This document shows, in pieces, positions 8,515 through 17,600 of a stretch of DNA of 64,000 nt; within the stretch, counting starts at the first letter, position 1; each line of letters begins with the position of its first letter. The DNA comes from Gemmatimonadales bacterium (lineage in GTDB: Bacteria > Gemmatimonadota > Gemmatimonadetes > Gemmatimonadales > GWC2-71-9), in NCBI GenBank assembly GCA_039794085.1, contig JBDIWC010000014.1, positions 16,227-80,226 of the forward strand. The letters are read 5' to 3'. Position numbers and translations under genes: made by a program. The notes below the pieces were generated by a model. The model had not been told where the DNA came from. It ran no database searches and saw nothing but the letters and a program-made list of their open reading frames with translations.

Positions 8515-9600
8515 ATGACGCAGATGACACCCACTCCATTTCCTATCTCTGCTTTGCTGTTGTCGATGCTGTCGGGTTGCGGCGGAGGCTCCGACAACAC
8601 GGGTCCGCCGGCGGTTCCATTCAATGTCGTGGTCTCGATGAACGCCACTCTTTCGGCCAACGACACACCATCGGACTACACGACGGAGTACCAGGCGATC
8701 TACGCCGCCGGCGCTCGCGGTGCGCAGACCGCCGCTCCCTGGAGCAGCCTGAATCCGACCGGCACCAACTACGATCTGACGATGATCGACAATCCTCTGT
8801 TCGGCTTGAACGCTCTGGCCGGATATGGTTTCAGTTCCATCCTGGTCAATCTGCCCGCTGTGGCGATCACATCGAGAACCATGCCGGCGGACATCGCCGC
8901 GCTACCCTTCAATGATGCCATGGTCACAACGCGCTACCGGGCGCTGATCGACCAGGTGACTCCCCATTTAAACGCCAGCGTGCAATACGTTTCACTCGGC
9001 AATGAAGTCGACACCTACTTGTCCACACACCCGACGGAATGGGCGCAGTACAAGGAACTGATCGAAGACGCGCGAACGTATATTCGTTCGTTGAAACCGA
9101 ACATCAAGGTCGGTGTCACCACGACTTTCGACGGCGCCACGTCCACCCACATCGCCAACGTGGCCAGCCTGAACGCGAACATGGACGTCGTCATCCTAAC
9201 CTACTATCCGATCAATTCCAGGACCTTTGTTCCACGCCATCCCTCGACGGTAGACGCGGACATGGCCGCCATGATCAACATCGCCGGCGGTAAGCCGCTC
9301 GTGGTCCAGGAGTGGGGCTACCCATCGAGCGCCAGCCTCTCCAGCTCGCGGCAGATGCAGGCCGATTTCATCGCCAACACCTTTTCCTCCTGGAAGCAGC
9401 ACGGGTCCGGCCGCATTCCCTTCATCAGTTTCTTCAAGCGACGCGAGTGGAATGCCGCTCACTGCGAGACTTTGTCCGGCCAGACGGCCGGGCAAAGGTT
9501 CTACGAATTCCTCTGCTCGCTCGGGCTGTTGAACAATGATGGGACGCAGAAGACAGCCTACCCGATCCTGATCACGGGGATGTCGACCATCGGACAGTAG
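8515..9600 (+). CDS. Cassette-borne lipoprotein, clan GH-A-like glycoside hydrolase
   Basis: GAGGAG SD just after attC; lipobox LSGC; LGNEVD and VQEWGY catalytic-Glu-like motifs; lower GC. Confidence 0.7.
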   Translation: MTQMTPTPFPISALLLSMLSGCGGGSDNTGPPAVPFNVVVSMNATLSANDTPSDYTTEYQAIYAAGARGAQTAAPWSSLNPTGTNYDLTMIDNPLFGLNALAGYGFSSILVNLPAVAITSRTMPADIAALPFNDAMVTTRYRALIDQVTPHLNASVQYVSLGNEVDTYLSTHPTEWAQYKELIEDARTYIRSLKPNIKVGVTTTFDGATSTHIANVASLNANMDVVILTYYPINSRTFVPRHPSTVDADMAAMINIAGGKPLVVQEWGYPSSASLSSSRQMQADFIANTFSSWKQHGSGRIPFISFFKRREWNAAHCETLSGQTAGQRFYEFLCSLGLLNNDGTQKTAYPILITGMSTIGQ

Positions 9601-9664
9601 AGCTGTGGACGGGATTTGGTGTCAGGCCTTGCAGTGACACATGCTGGGCCAGCAAGGCGCTGAA

Positions 9665-10082
9665 CACGGGCGGCATCCGCGCGCACTGGGCGTCACCGAT
9701 GTCCAGGCGTTTCTGGTGCACCTGCCGGTGGAGCGGCGGCTGGCGGCCGCCACGGTGCCCACGCGGCATTACCGGGACCGGGAAACGGGGGAGCGGCGCC
9801 GGCCTCATCTGCACCCGTCGGTGGTGCAGCGGGCGGTGACGCGGGCAGTGCGGGAAGCGAAGCTGCCCACGCGGGCGGGTTGCCATACCCTGCGCCACAG
9901 CTTCGCGACTCACCTCCTGGAGAGGGGGGCCGGGCGGACATCCGGACGGTGCAGCACCTGTTGGTCACCGGGATGTCTCGACGACCATGCTCTACACCCA
10001 TGTGCTGAACCGGGGCGGGCTGGGGGTGCGGAGTCCCGCGGACCTCCTGGATCCGGAGGGTCCTGCAGCCTCTACAGACTAG
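9665..10082 (+). pseudogene. intI: Integron integrase remnant, copy 2
   Basis: [74 protein letters not shown]; large deletion and frameshifts. Confidence 0.9.
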
Positions 10083-10146
10083 GTTGCGGGCGGCACACTC
10101 TTTCGGGATTGGGCGGGGCGGGGAGAGAGAGAGACACAAGTTATGC
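10083..10146 (+). other. Candidate attI site 2 (core GTTATGC 10140-10146)
   Basis: Homologous to 7667-7730; core is the exact complement of R'' GCATAAC at 10830. Confidence 0.65.
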
Positions 10147-10195
10147 CCGCCAACGACCCTTGCTGTGAACCGAGGCTGGGCAAGGCCACCATCGG

Positions 10196-10224
10196 TTGCC
10201 ATCTGCCACGTTCCACGTTACACT
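10196..10224 (+). promoter_or_regulatory. Cassette-internal sigma70 promoter of higBA
   Basis: TTGCCA-N17-TACACT, 5 nt before ATG; CCACGTT direct repeat overlapping the spacer and -10. Confidence 0.7.
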
Positions 10225-10229
10225 TCTGA

Positions 10230-10510
10230 ATGGCGATCGTTGGATTCAGTCACAAAGGCCTGGAACGCTTCTTCACTCGAGGGACTACCGCGGGAATCCA
10301 GAGCAAACACGCCAAACGACTTCGGCTGATTCTCGGGCGGCTCAGCGTGGCGAAGGAGCCTCGGGACATGGGACTTCCCGGCCTGAATCTCCACCGCCTC
10401 AAGGGTGATCGCCAAGGCACGTGGTCCGTACAGGTTAGCGGCAACTGGCGGGTGACCTTTCAATTCGTTGGGCCGGATGTCACGGACGTGAACTAGGAGG
10501 ACTATCACTG
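10230..10510 (+). pseudogene. higB: HigB (RelE-family) toxin with premature TAG at 10494
   Basis: [34 protein letters not shown], then DVN*EDYH*. Confidence 0.8.
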
Positions 10511-10807
10511 ATGAAGACTGTACGCATGGAGAACCCGCCGCACCCGGGAGAGGTCCTGCGTGAGCTCTGCTTGGTGCCCTTGAATCTCAGCGTCACCGAT
10601 GCGGCCGCGTCCTTGGACGTCAGCCGGAACACGTTGTCCGCCATCCTCAACGGACGGGCTGGCATCAGCCCTGAGATGGCTGTTCGACTGTCGATCGCGT
10701 TCGACACGACTTCCGAGAGCTGGCTGCAACAACAGATGCAGTACGATCTCTGGCATGCCGAACAATCACGGAAGCGATTGCGAGTCCGGAGACTCGCGGT
10801 CGCGTAA
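10511..10807 (+). CDS. higA: HigA antitoxin (HTH Xre)
   Basis: NPPHPGEVL...[23 protein letters not shown]. Confidence 0.92.
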   Translation: MKTVRMENPPHPGEVLRELCLVPLNLSVTDAAASLDVSRNTLSAILNGRAGISPEMAVRLSIAFDTTSESWLQQQMQYDLWHAEQSRKRLRVRRLAVA

Positions 10808-10829
10808 GGCCATCTCCTCAGTGCCGGTG

Positions 10830-10906
10830 GCATAACAGGGCGTTGCTGGCCGGCGTGACCCTCGCTTGCGCTCGGGGCCACGCGGCAGAACGCCGAGCCG
10901 TTAGGC
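10830..10906 (+). mobile_element. attC site
   Basis: R'' GCATAAC, R' GTTAGGC; arms GGCGTT[G]CTG[G]CCG / CGGCAGAACGCC. Confidence 0.9.
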
Positions 10907-11074
10907 CGCAAATGCGAATCACGGAAGCAGCACTGCTCCATAGCCGTGTGATAGCGACGTTGTTCGGGATCGGCCGGGCCATCCCGAATGAGATCTCGCC
11001 TGCCGAAGCCAGTAGTTTGCGCCCCGGCAGCTAAGTCCTTGCCGCCGAGGGGTTTCGCATCCATCTTTGTGGTC

Positions 11075-11135
11075 ATGAAGGTCCGGGACGTTCTCCGACT
11101 GCTTGCCGATGATGACCTGCTCTTGATTCAACGAG
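11075..11135 (+). pseudogene. 5' remnant of a HicA-like toxin
   Basis: MKVRDVLRLLADD.LL.IQR resembles the HicA N-terminus; lacks GSH and runs into the MerR operator. Confidence 0.5.
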
Positions 11136-11161
11136 AACCCTGGAGTACACTCCAAAATCAA
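11131..11161 (-). promoter_or_regulatory. MerR/ZntR-like operator upstream of the merR-family gene
   Basis: TTGATT followed by dyad TGGAGTGTACTCCA; -10 poor. Confidence 0.7.
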
Positions 11162-11184
11162 GGGACCTTTTTCGGAGCGCACTC

Positions 11185-11577
11185 ATGCGCATCGGAATCC
11201 TGGCGGGGGAGGCGGGGGTCACCCCCGACACCATCCGCTACTACGAACGGATCGGGCTTCTGGCTCCCCCCGAACGGGGTCGGAATCGCTACCGGCACTA
11301 CGACCACTCCACCCTCGACGACCTCCACTTCATCCGGAAGTCCCAAACGCTTGGTCTCACGCTCCATGACATCATGGGGATCCTGGAGATTGCCCGGGGT
11401 GGCCGACCGCCCTGCCAGCATGTCCGGTCCCTGGTGGCCGACCGGCTCGGTGAGGTCGAGCAGAAGCTCTCGGACCTGCGCGCCATGCGGACGACCCTGC
11501 GCGGAATCCTCGATCGGCTGGAACGGGTGCCGTCCTCCCCCGAGGGGTGCCGGTGTGCGGTCATCGAATCGGCCTGA
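11185..11577 (+). CDS. MerR-family heavy-metal regulator
   Basis: MRIG..A...GV..DTIRYYERIGLL HTH; Cys at the start of the dimer helix (PPCQHV) plus C-terminal CRC. Confidence 0.92.
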   Translation: MRIGILAGEAGVTPDTIRYYERIGLLAPPERGRNRYRHYDHSTLDDLHFIRKSQTLGLTLHDIMGILEIARGGRPPCQHVRSLVADRLGEVEQKLSDLRAMRTTLRGILDRLERVPSSPEGCRCAVIESA

Positions 11578-11672
11578 CGTGAAGCGACCGGTTTCCAGTT
11601 GACAGGCGTCGCGAGCGCCGGTTTACTTCCTGTCCATAAAGTCGTCGCAGGTTCCTGTTGGCCGAGGGGTTT

Positions 11673-12005
11673 ATGCAGCGGTCCCGACTCAGCATCCTGA
11701 CCAGCCTCGTGCTCATCGCCGCCGTGGCCCTGCCCTACTACGCCCCTCTGACCTGCAGACTGCTGGACCGGATGGAGATGCCGATGGACTGTGACGCCCA
11801 CGGCACGATGTCGATGGTCGGTCCGACGTCCGGCGGAATGGATGTGTGTCAGATCCCCGCGTGTGGCCTCGCCCACGTCGCGCCCCTGTCCGGCACCACG
11901 GCAAGTTCCGTCGTCCCCGAACCCCTGGTCTCTCCCCTTCCGGCCCCGCCGTCCCTCTTCCAGTCCATCGACCTCGCCCCTCCCGCTCCACCTCCCCAAG
12001 CCTGA
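11673..12005 (+). CDS. Small exported Cys/His/Met- and Pro-rich protein (DUF2946/CzcI-like leader gene)
   Basis: Hydrophobic N-terminus, CxxxxC, PPxPPP tail, position before an RND operon. Confidence 0.65.
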   Translation: MQRSRLSILTSLVLIAAVALPYYAPLTCRLLDRMEMPMDCDAHGTMSMVGPTSGGMDVCQIPACGLAHVAPLSGTTASSVVPEPLVSPLPAPPSLFQSIDLAPPAPPPQA

Positions 12006-12104
12006 GTCCGCTCTCCGCTGTATGACATAGTGACCCACGCCCGTTGGGGGGCGGGGTCCGTCTTCCCTTCAGCTTCCCGGCCGATTCCCGGGAGGAGAGG
12101 TGAC

Positions 12105-13436
12105 GTGGCAAATATCCTCAGGCCTCGTGTGGCTCCCCCCCTGCACCCGAGGGTCGCGGGCGGCGGCGCACTGCTCATCGGTCTACTGCTCGCGACTCCC
12201 GCCGTGGGACAGACCGGTGTTCCGACCTTCGCCCTCCCCACCGATTCGGCCGGGCGGGCTTTTGTCCACGACGTCCTGCGCCGCAACGCCGGGTTGTCGG
12301 GGGAGTGGAGCAGCGTGGCCGCCGCGGGAAGGCGGATCCGCCCGGCAGGTGCCCTGCCCGACCCGGTGCTCCGCGGCGGGGTCCTCTCGCTCCCGAACCC
12401 CTCCTTCGACTTTGCAGCCGAAGCGATGACCCAGGTTCCGGTCGGAATCGAACAGCGAATTCCCGGATTCGGCAAGCGGGGCGCGCGCACCCAGGTGGCG
12501 ATCGCCGACAGCACCCATCGGTCGGCCGGAGCCCTGGCGCTGGCGGGTGTTTTGGCCGCGGAGGCCGCCTCCCGGTTTGTCCAGTTGGCCGAGCGGAGAC
12601 AGGCCCTCCGGATCCACGACGCCCGGATCGCCCTGGCCCAGGCGGCGGTGACGTCCACCCAGAGTCGGTACGCCGCGGGCAGCGCGCCCCAGACCGATCC
12701 GATCCGGGCGCGGGTCCGTCGGGTTCAGCTGGAAGAGGAAAGGGATGCGCTGGTGGCCGAGGTGGCGGGAGCCCTGGCGTCGGCCAATGCCCTCCGGGGC
12801 ACCGGGGACACCCTCGCCACGCCGGCGCGGGTCACCGGCGCGTCGGAAGCGTCCTCCTCCTGGGAAATACCCGCCGTTGACCTGATTCGCACTCTTCTGA
12901 CGGAGGGCAACCCGGAGATCAGGACCTCCCGCGCCGACGTGGAGCGGACGGAACGGATCTCCACCGTGTACCGCCTCGACGCCCGACCCGATTTCACCGT
13001 TTCGGTGCAGGAGGGGATCCGGTTCGGCGGTCGGGAGCCGATGCTCACTGCGCTGGTGGGAGTCTCGATTCCCTTCTGGCAGGGACGGAAGCAGGGCCCC
13101 CTGGCCGACGCCGCGGATCTGGAGGTGATCGCGGCACAGGAGCGCCAACGCGACCTCGAAGCCCGGATCGAGCGGGAGGCACGCGCCCTGGTCGCGCGTC
13201 TCGAGGCGCTTCAGCGGCGCATCCGGCGGGTGGAGGAGGAGCTGCTCCCTCTGGCGCGGGCGGCGAGCATCTCCGCCCTGCAGCAGTACCGGATCGGCGG
13301 CACGGACATCACGGCGGTTCTTGCGGCTCAGGACGACGCCTGGCGGGCCGAGTTGCAGCTCAATACCCTGGTGGCGGACTACTTCGCGGGGCGGGCCCGC
13401 CTCGCGTATCTGCTCGGAGAGGAGTGGTACCAATGA
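12105..13436 (+). CDS. TolC-family outer-membrane efflux protein (CusC-like)
   Basis: ALPDP, EQRIPGFGK, VSIPFW motifs; GGAGG SD before GTG 12105. Confidence 0.85.
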   Translation: MANILRPRVAPPLHPRVAGGGALLIGLLLATPAVGQTGVPTFALPTDSAGRAFVHDVLRRNAGLSGEWSSVAAAGRRIRPAGALPDPVLRGGVLSLPNPSFDFAAEAMTQVPVGIEQRIPGFGKRGARTQVAIADSTHRSAGALALAGVLAAEAASRFVQLAERRQALRIHDARIALAQAAVTSTQSRYAAGSAPQTDPIRARVRRVQLEEERDALVAEVAGALASANALRGTGDTLATPARVTGASEASSSWEIPAVDLIRTLLTEGNPEIRTSRADVERTERISTVYRLDARPDFTVSVQEGIRFGGREPMLTALVGVSIPFWQGRKQGPLADAADLEVIAAQERQRDLEARIEREARALVARLEALQRRIRRVEEELLPLARAASISALQQYRIGGTDITAVLAAQDDAWRAELQLNTLVADYFAGRARLAYLLGEEWYQ

Positions 13437-14635
13437 ATACGCAAATCCTTCGGGCCGGATTGTTCGGCCTCGCGATACTCGCCGCATGTGGCGGCCAAGG
13501 CCCGGAATCGGCGACCCCTTCCACACAGGCCGAGGGCATGGAAGGGATGCCGGGGATGGAGGGGATGCCGGGAATGGAGGGCATGCCGGGGATGGCCGGC
13601 GCGGGAGACAGCGTGCTCCGGATCACCCCGGCCGCGGCAGCGCGATCCGGACTCCTGTATGCCGTGGCCCGGGAGGGTCCTGCGGTAACCACGGTGCGGG
13701 CGTCGGCCCAGGTGGTGCCCAATGAGCGCGGGCTGACGGAAGTGAATGCCCGGATGCCCGGCTGGGTTGAGCGGCTGTGGGTCAACGAGACCGGGCGCTT
13801 CGTGCGGCGGGGGGATTCCCTCCTCGCCCTCTATGCCCCGGCGCTGCTCGCGGCCCAGGAGGAGTTGCTCCTGGCCCGAACCCTGGCGGCCACGCCCGAC
13901 GGGGCCACCCTGGTGGCCGACGCGCGGCGACGATTGGAACTGTGGAACGTGTCGCCGGAGGAGATCGCGGCCATCGAGCGGGAGGGAGTGCCCCGCCGGC
14001 GGGTGACTGTGTTGGCGCCCCACGCGGGACATGTGATCGCCAAGCGGGTGGTGGAAGGGGAGATGGTGGAGGCGGGAGAGCCGCTGTTCCGCCTGGCGGA
14101 TCTCTCGACCGTCTGGATCGAACCGGCGATCTACGAGCAGGATCTCGCCGCCATCCGGGTCGGCCAGGAGGCCACCGTGGAGGTACAGGCCTATCCCGGT
14201 CTGGCCCTCACCGGCCGGGTGAGTTTCATCCAGCCCACCCTCGACTCGATCACGCGAACCGTCCGGGTGCGGGTGGAAGTCCCCAATCCGGATCATCGGC
14301 TCAAGCCGGCCATGTTCGCCACGGTCTCCTTCCGGGTGGAGGGTCCCCGGGGGGTGCTCGTGCCGCTCGCCGCCGTTCTCCCCACGGGCACGCGGAACCT
14401 GGCGTTCGTGGTGCGCGATGGCGGCCTCCGGCCGGTGGAGGTCCGCGTCGGTCTCCGCGGCGACACGGAGGTGCTCGTCACCCACGGACTGGCCCCGGGT
14501 GACACCGTGGTGGCGCGGGCCACCTTCCTGCTCGACTCCGAGTCCAGTCTCGCGGCCGCGATGCGGGGGATCATGCTGAACATGGGGATGGGCCTCGACA
14601 TGGGAGGGATGCAGATGGAGGGCAAGACCCCATGA
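13433..14635 (+). CDS. cusB: CusB-like RND periplasmic adaptor
   Basis: GWVERL, LYAPALLAAQEE, LADLSTVW, TRTVRVR, LKPAMF, FLLDSES; Met-rich ends. Confidence 0.88.
   Translation: MNTQILRAGLFGLAILAACGGQGPESATPSTQAEGMEGMPGMEGMPGMEGMPGMAGAGDSVLRITPAAAARSGLLYAVAREGPAVTTVRASAQVVPNERGLTEVNARMPGWVERLWVNETGRFVRRGDSLLALYAPALLAAQEELLLARTLAATPDGATLVADARRRLELWNVSPEEIAAIEREGVPRRRVTVLAPHAGHVIAKRVVEGEMVEAGEPLFRLADLSTVWIEPAIYEQDLAAIRVGQEATVEVQAYPGLALTGRVSFIQPTLDSITRTVRVRVEVPNPDHRLKPAMFATVSFRVEGPRGVLVPLAAVLPTGTRNLAFVVRDGGLRPVEVRVGLRGDTEVLVTHGLAPGDTVVARATFLLDSESSLAAAMRGIMLNMGMGLDMGGMQMEGKTP
13532..13597 (+). repeat. Coding 18-nt repeat encoding (GMEGMP)x3
   Basis: EGMEGMPGMEGMPGMEGMPGM in cusB. Confidence 0.9.
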
Positions 14636-17600
14636 TCGCCTGGCTCATCGCGTGGTCGCTTCGGCGGCGCGTGCTGGTCCTCACCGTGACGGTCGCCGGG
14701 CTGATCGCCGGGGGCTGGTGGGCGCGGTCCACGCCCATCGACGCGATCCCCGATCTGTCCGACACCCAGGTGATCGTGTTCACCGAGTATCCCGGTCAGG
14801 CGCCCCAGGTGGTCGAGGATGCGGTAACCTATCCGTTAGTTCGTGCCCTGCTGGCAGTGCCGAAGGCCCGGGTGGTGCGGGGCCAGTCCCTGTTCGGCAC
14901 CTCCTTCATCTACATCCTGTTCGAGGAGGGGACCGATCTGTACTGGGCCCGCAGCCGAGTCACCGAGGCCCTGCCCGCCGCCATCGACGGCCTTCCGGAC
15001 GGCGTGCGCCCGCAACTGGGCCCGGACGCCACCGGTGTGGGGTGGGTCTTCCAGTATGCCGTGGAGGGAGAGGGGTATTCCCTCGACCAGCTCCGGTCGC
15101 TGCAGGACTGGGACATCCGGTTCGGCCTGCAGAGTGTGCCGGGAGTCGCCGAGGTCGCGAGCATCGGCGGGTTCGTCAAGCAGTATCAGGTCGTGCTCGA
15201 TCCGGCCCGTCTCCTGGCGTCCGGCGTGACCTCGGATCGGATCATCCAGGTTCTCCGCGAATCGAACACCGACGTGGGGGCCCGGACACTGGAGATCGGG
15301 GGGGGGGACTACATGATCCGGGGCCGGGGCTACCTCACCGGCGTATCCTCGATCGCCGGACTCGTGGTAGCCACGGGTGCCGGGGGCGTCCCGGTCCGCA
15401 TCGGCGACGTGGCGGACGTGACCATCGGCCCCGACCTCCGGCTCGGCATCGCGGAGCGGGACGGCCGGGGCGAAGCCGTGGGCGGCGTGGTGATAATGCG
15501 GCAGGGTGAGAACGCCCTGCGAGTGATCACCGACGTGAAGGAGCGGATCGCCGAACTCCAGGCGGGCCTCCCTCCGGGGGTGCGGATCGTGCCGACCTAC
15601 GACCGTTCCACGCTGATCCGGAGCGCGGTGAGCACCCTCCGGTGGACGCTGATCGAGGAATCGCTCATCGTGGCGGCGGTCTGCTTTCTCTTCCTGCTCC
15701 ATGCCCGGAGCGCCCTCGTCGCCATCGCCGTTCTCCCGCTCGGCATCCTGCTCGCCCTGGCCGCGATGCGCGTGGCCGGGGTGAACGCCAACATCATGTC
15801 GCTCGGCGGGCTGGCCATCGCCATCGGCGCCATGATCGATGCGGCCATCGTCATGATCGAGAACTTTCACAAGCACCGGGAACGCGCGCCGGAGGATGAC
15901 CGGTGGGATGTGGTGCTCCGGGCCACCCGCGAGGTGGGGCCGGCGCTGTTCGTCTCCCTCCTCATCATCACCCTCTCCTTCCTGCCGCTTTTCGCGCTGC
16001 AGGCCGAGGAGGGCCGCCTCTTCCGGCCGCTGGCTCTCACCAAGACATTCGCGATGGCGGCCGCCGCCCTCCTCTCCGTCACCGTGGTCCCCGTCCTCAT
16101 GGGGCTCTTCCTCACCGGGCGCACCCGTCCGGAGGAGGCCAATCCCGTGAACCGCTGGACCATCCGTCTCTACCGACCGGTGCTGCGATGGGCCCTGCGG
16201 AACCGGGTGCTGGTGCTGGCCGGTACGCTGGCCGTGCTGGGCGCCACACTCTGGCCCCTGCGGCGTCTGGGCACCGAGTTCATGCCGCCACTGGAGGAGG
16301 GTACGCTGATGTACATGCCGAACTCGATTCCGGGTCTCTCGATCGCCCGGCAGCGGGAACTTCTGCAACGGCAGGACAGCATCCTCATGTCGTTCCCCGA
16401 GGTCGCCTCGGTGTGGGGGAAGGCGGGCCGGGCACGCACGGCCACCGACCCGGCACCCATCTCCATGGTGGAAACCATCGTCACCCTCACGGACCGTGCC
16501 ACCTGGCCGGCGCCACTCTCCCAGGACGCCCTGATCGCCAAGCTCGACCGGGCGATGCGGTTTCCCGGCCTGGTGAACAGTTGGACCATGCCGATCAAGA
16601 ACCGCACCGACATGCTCTCGACCGGCATCCGGACCTCCCTCGGCATCAAGATCTTCGGGCCCGATCTTCGCACGATCGAGTCGATCGGTGCGGACATCGA
16701 GCGCCGCCTGTCGTCACTGGCCGGCACCGCCAGCATCTTTGCCGAGCGGTCCTTCGGCGGACGATACCTCGACGTCCAGTTGGATCGCGAGGCGATCGCC
16801 CGCCACGGTCTCACCACGGGCGCGGTACAGCGGGTGCTCGCCTCGGCCGTCGGGGGTGCCAACGTGACCTGGACTGTCGAGGGGCGGGAGCAATACCCCG
16901 TTCAGGTGCGTTTCGGGCGCGAGACGCGGGACGACCCCACCCGACTGGGGGGCATACTCATCGGAACCCCGACGGGCCCCCAGATCCCGCTTCATCAACT
17001 GGCACACTTCACGTTCACGGACGGCGCTCCGATGATCCGGAGCGAGGACGGGCATCCGACCGGGACGGTGTTCATCGACGTGCGCGGCCGGGACGTGGGG
17101 AGCTACGTGGAGGAGGCCCGATCCCTGCTCGAGCGCGACCTGACTCTGCCAGCCGGCTACCGGCTTGCCTGGAGTGGTCAGTACGAGGCGCTGGAGAGGG
17201 TCACGGCGCGGCTCGCCCTCGTCGTCCCCGTGACGCTCGCGATCATCGCGCTGCTGCTCCATCTCAATTTCCGGAACCCGGTTGAGGTGGCCATCGTGCT
17301 GGCCTCCCTGCCGTTCGCCCTGGTGGGCGGCATCTGGCTGCTCTGGATGCTCGACTACCACCTTTCGGTGGCGGTCGCCGCAGGATTCATCGCCCTGGCC
17401 GGGCTCGCCACCCAGACCGGCGTGGTGATGCTCCTCTACCTCGATCACGCCTGGCGGGAGGCGGGTCCCGGCGGTCCCGCAACCCCCGAGGCCCTCCATG
17501 CGGCGGTGGAGGCCGGGGCCGTCCAGCGGGTCCGGCCCAAGGTGATGACCGTGGTGGCCATCATGGCCGGACTGCTGCCCCTGATGTGGACCCACGGGAG

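Noticed and set aside
10494..10496. Pyrrolysine or amber recoding in higB
   Set aside because: TAG is an ordinary stop for many genes here and no pyl genes are visible; a point mutation is simpler
10912..11034. 40-codon ORF after the second attC as an intact cassette gene
   Set aside because: No recognisable motif and no closing attC; probably a truncated cassette
11599..11629. TTGACA promoter with a GC dyad before the cus operon as a fifth MerR box
   Set aside because: The -10 is weak and the dyad is unlike the other four boxes
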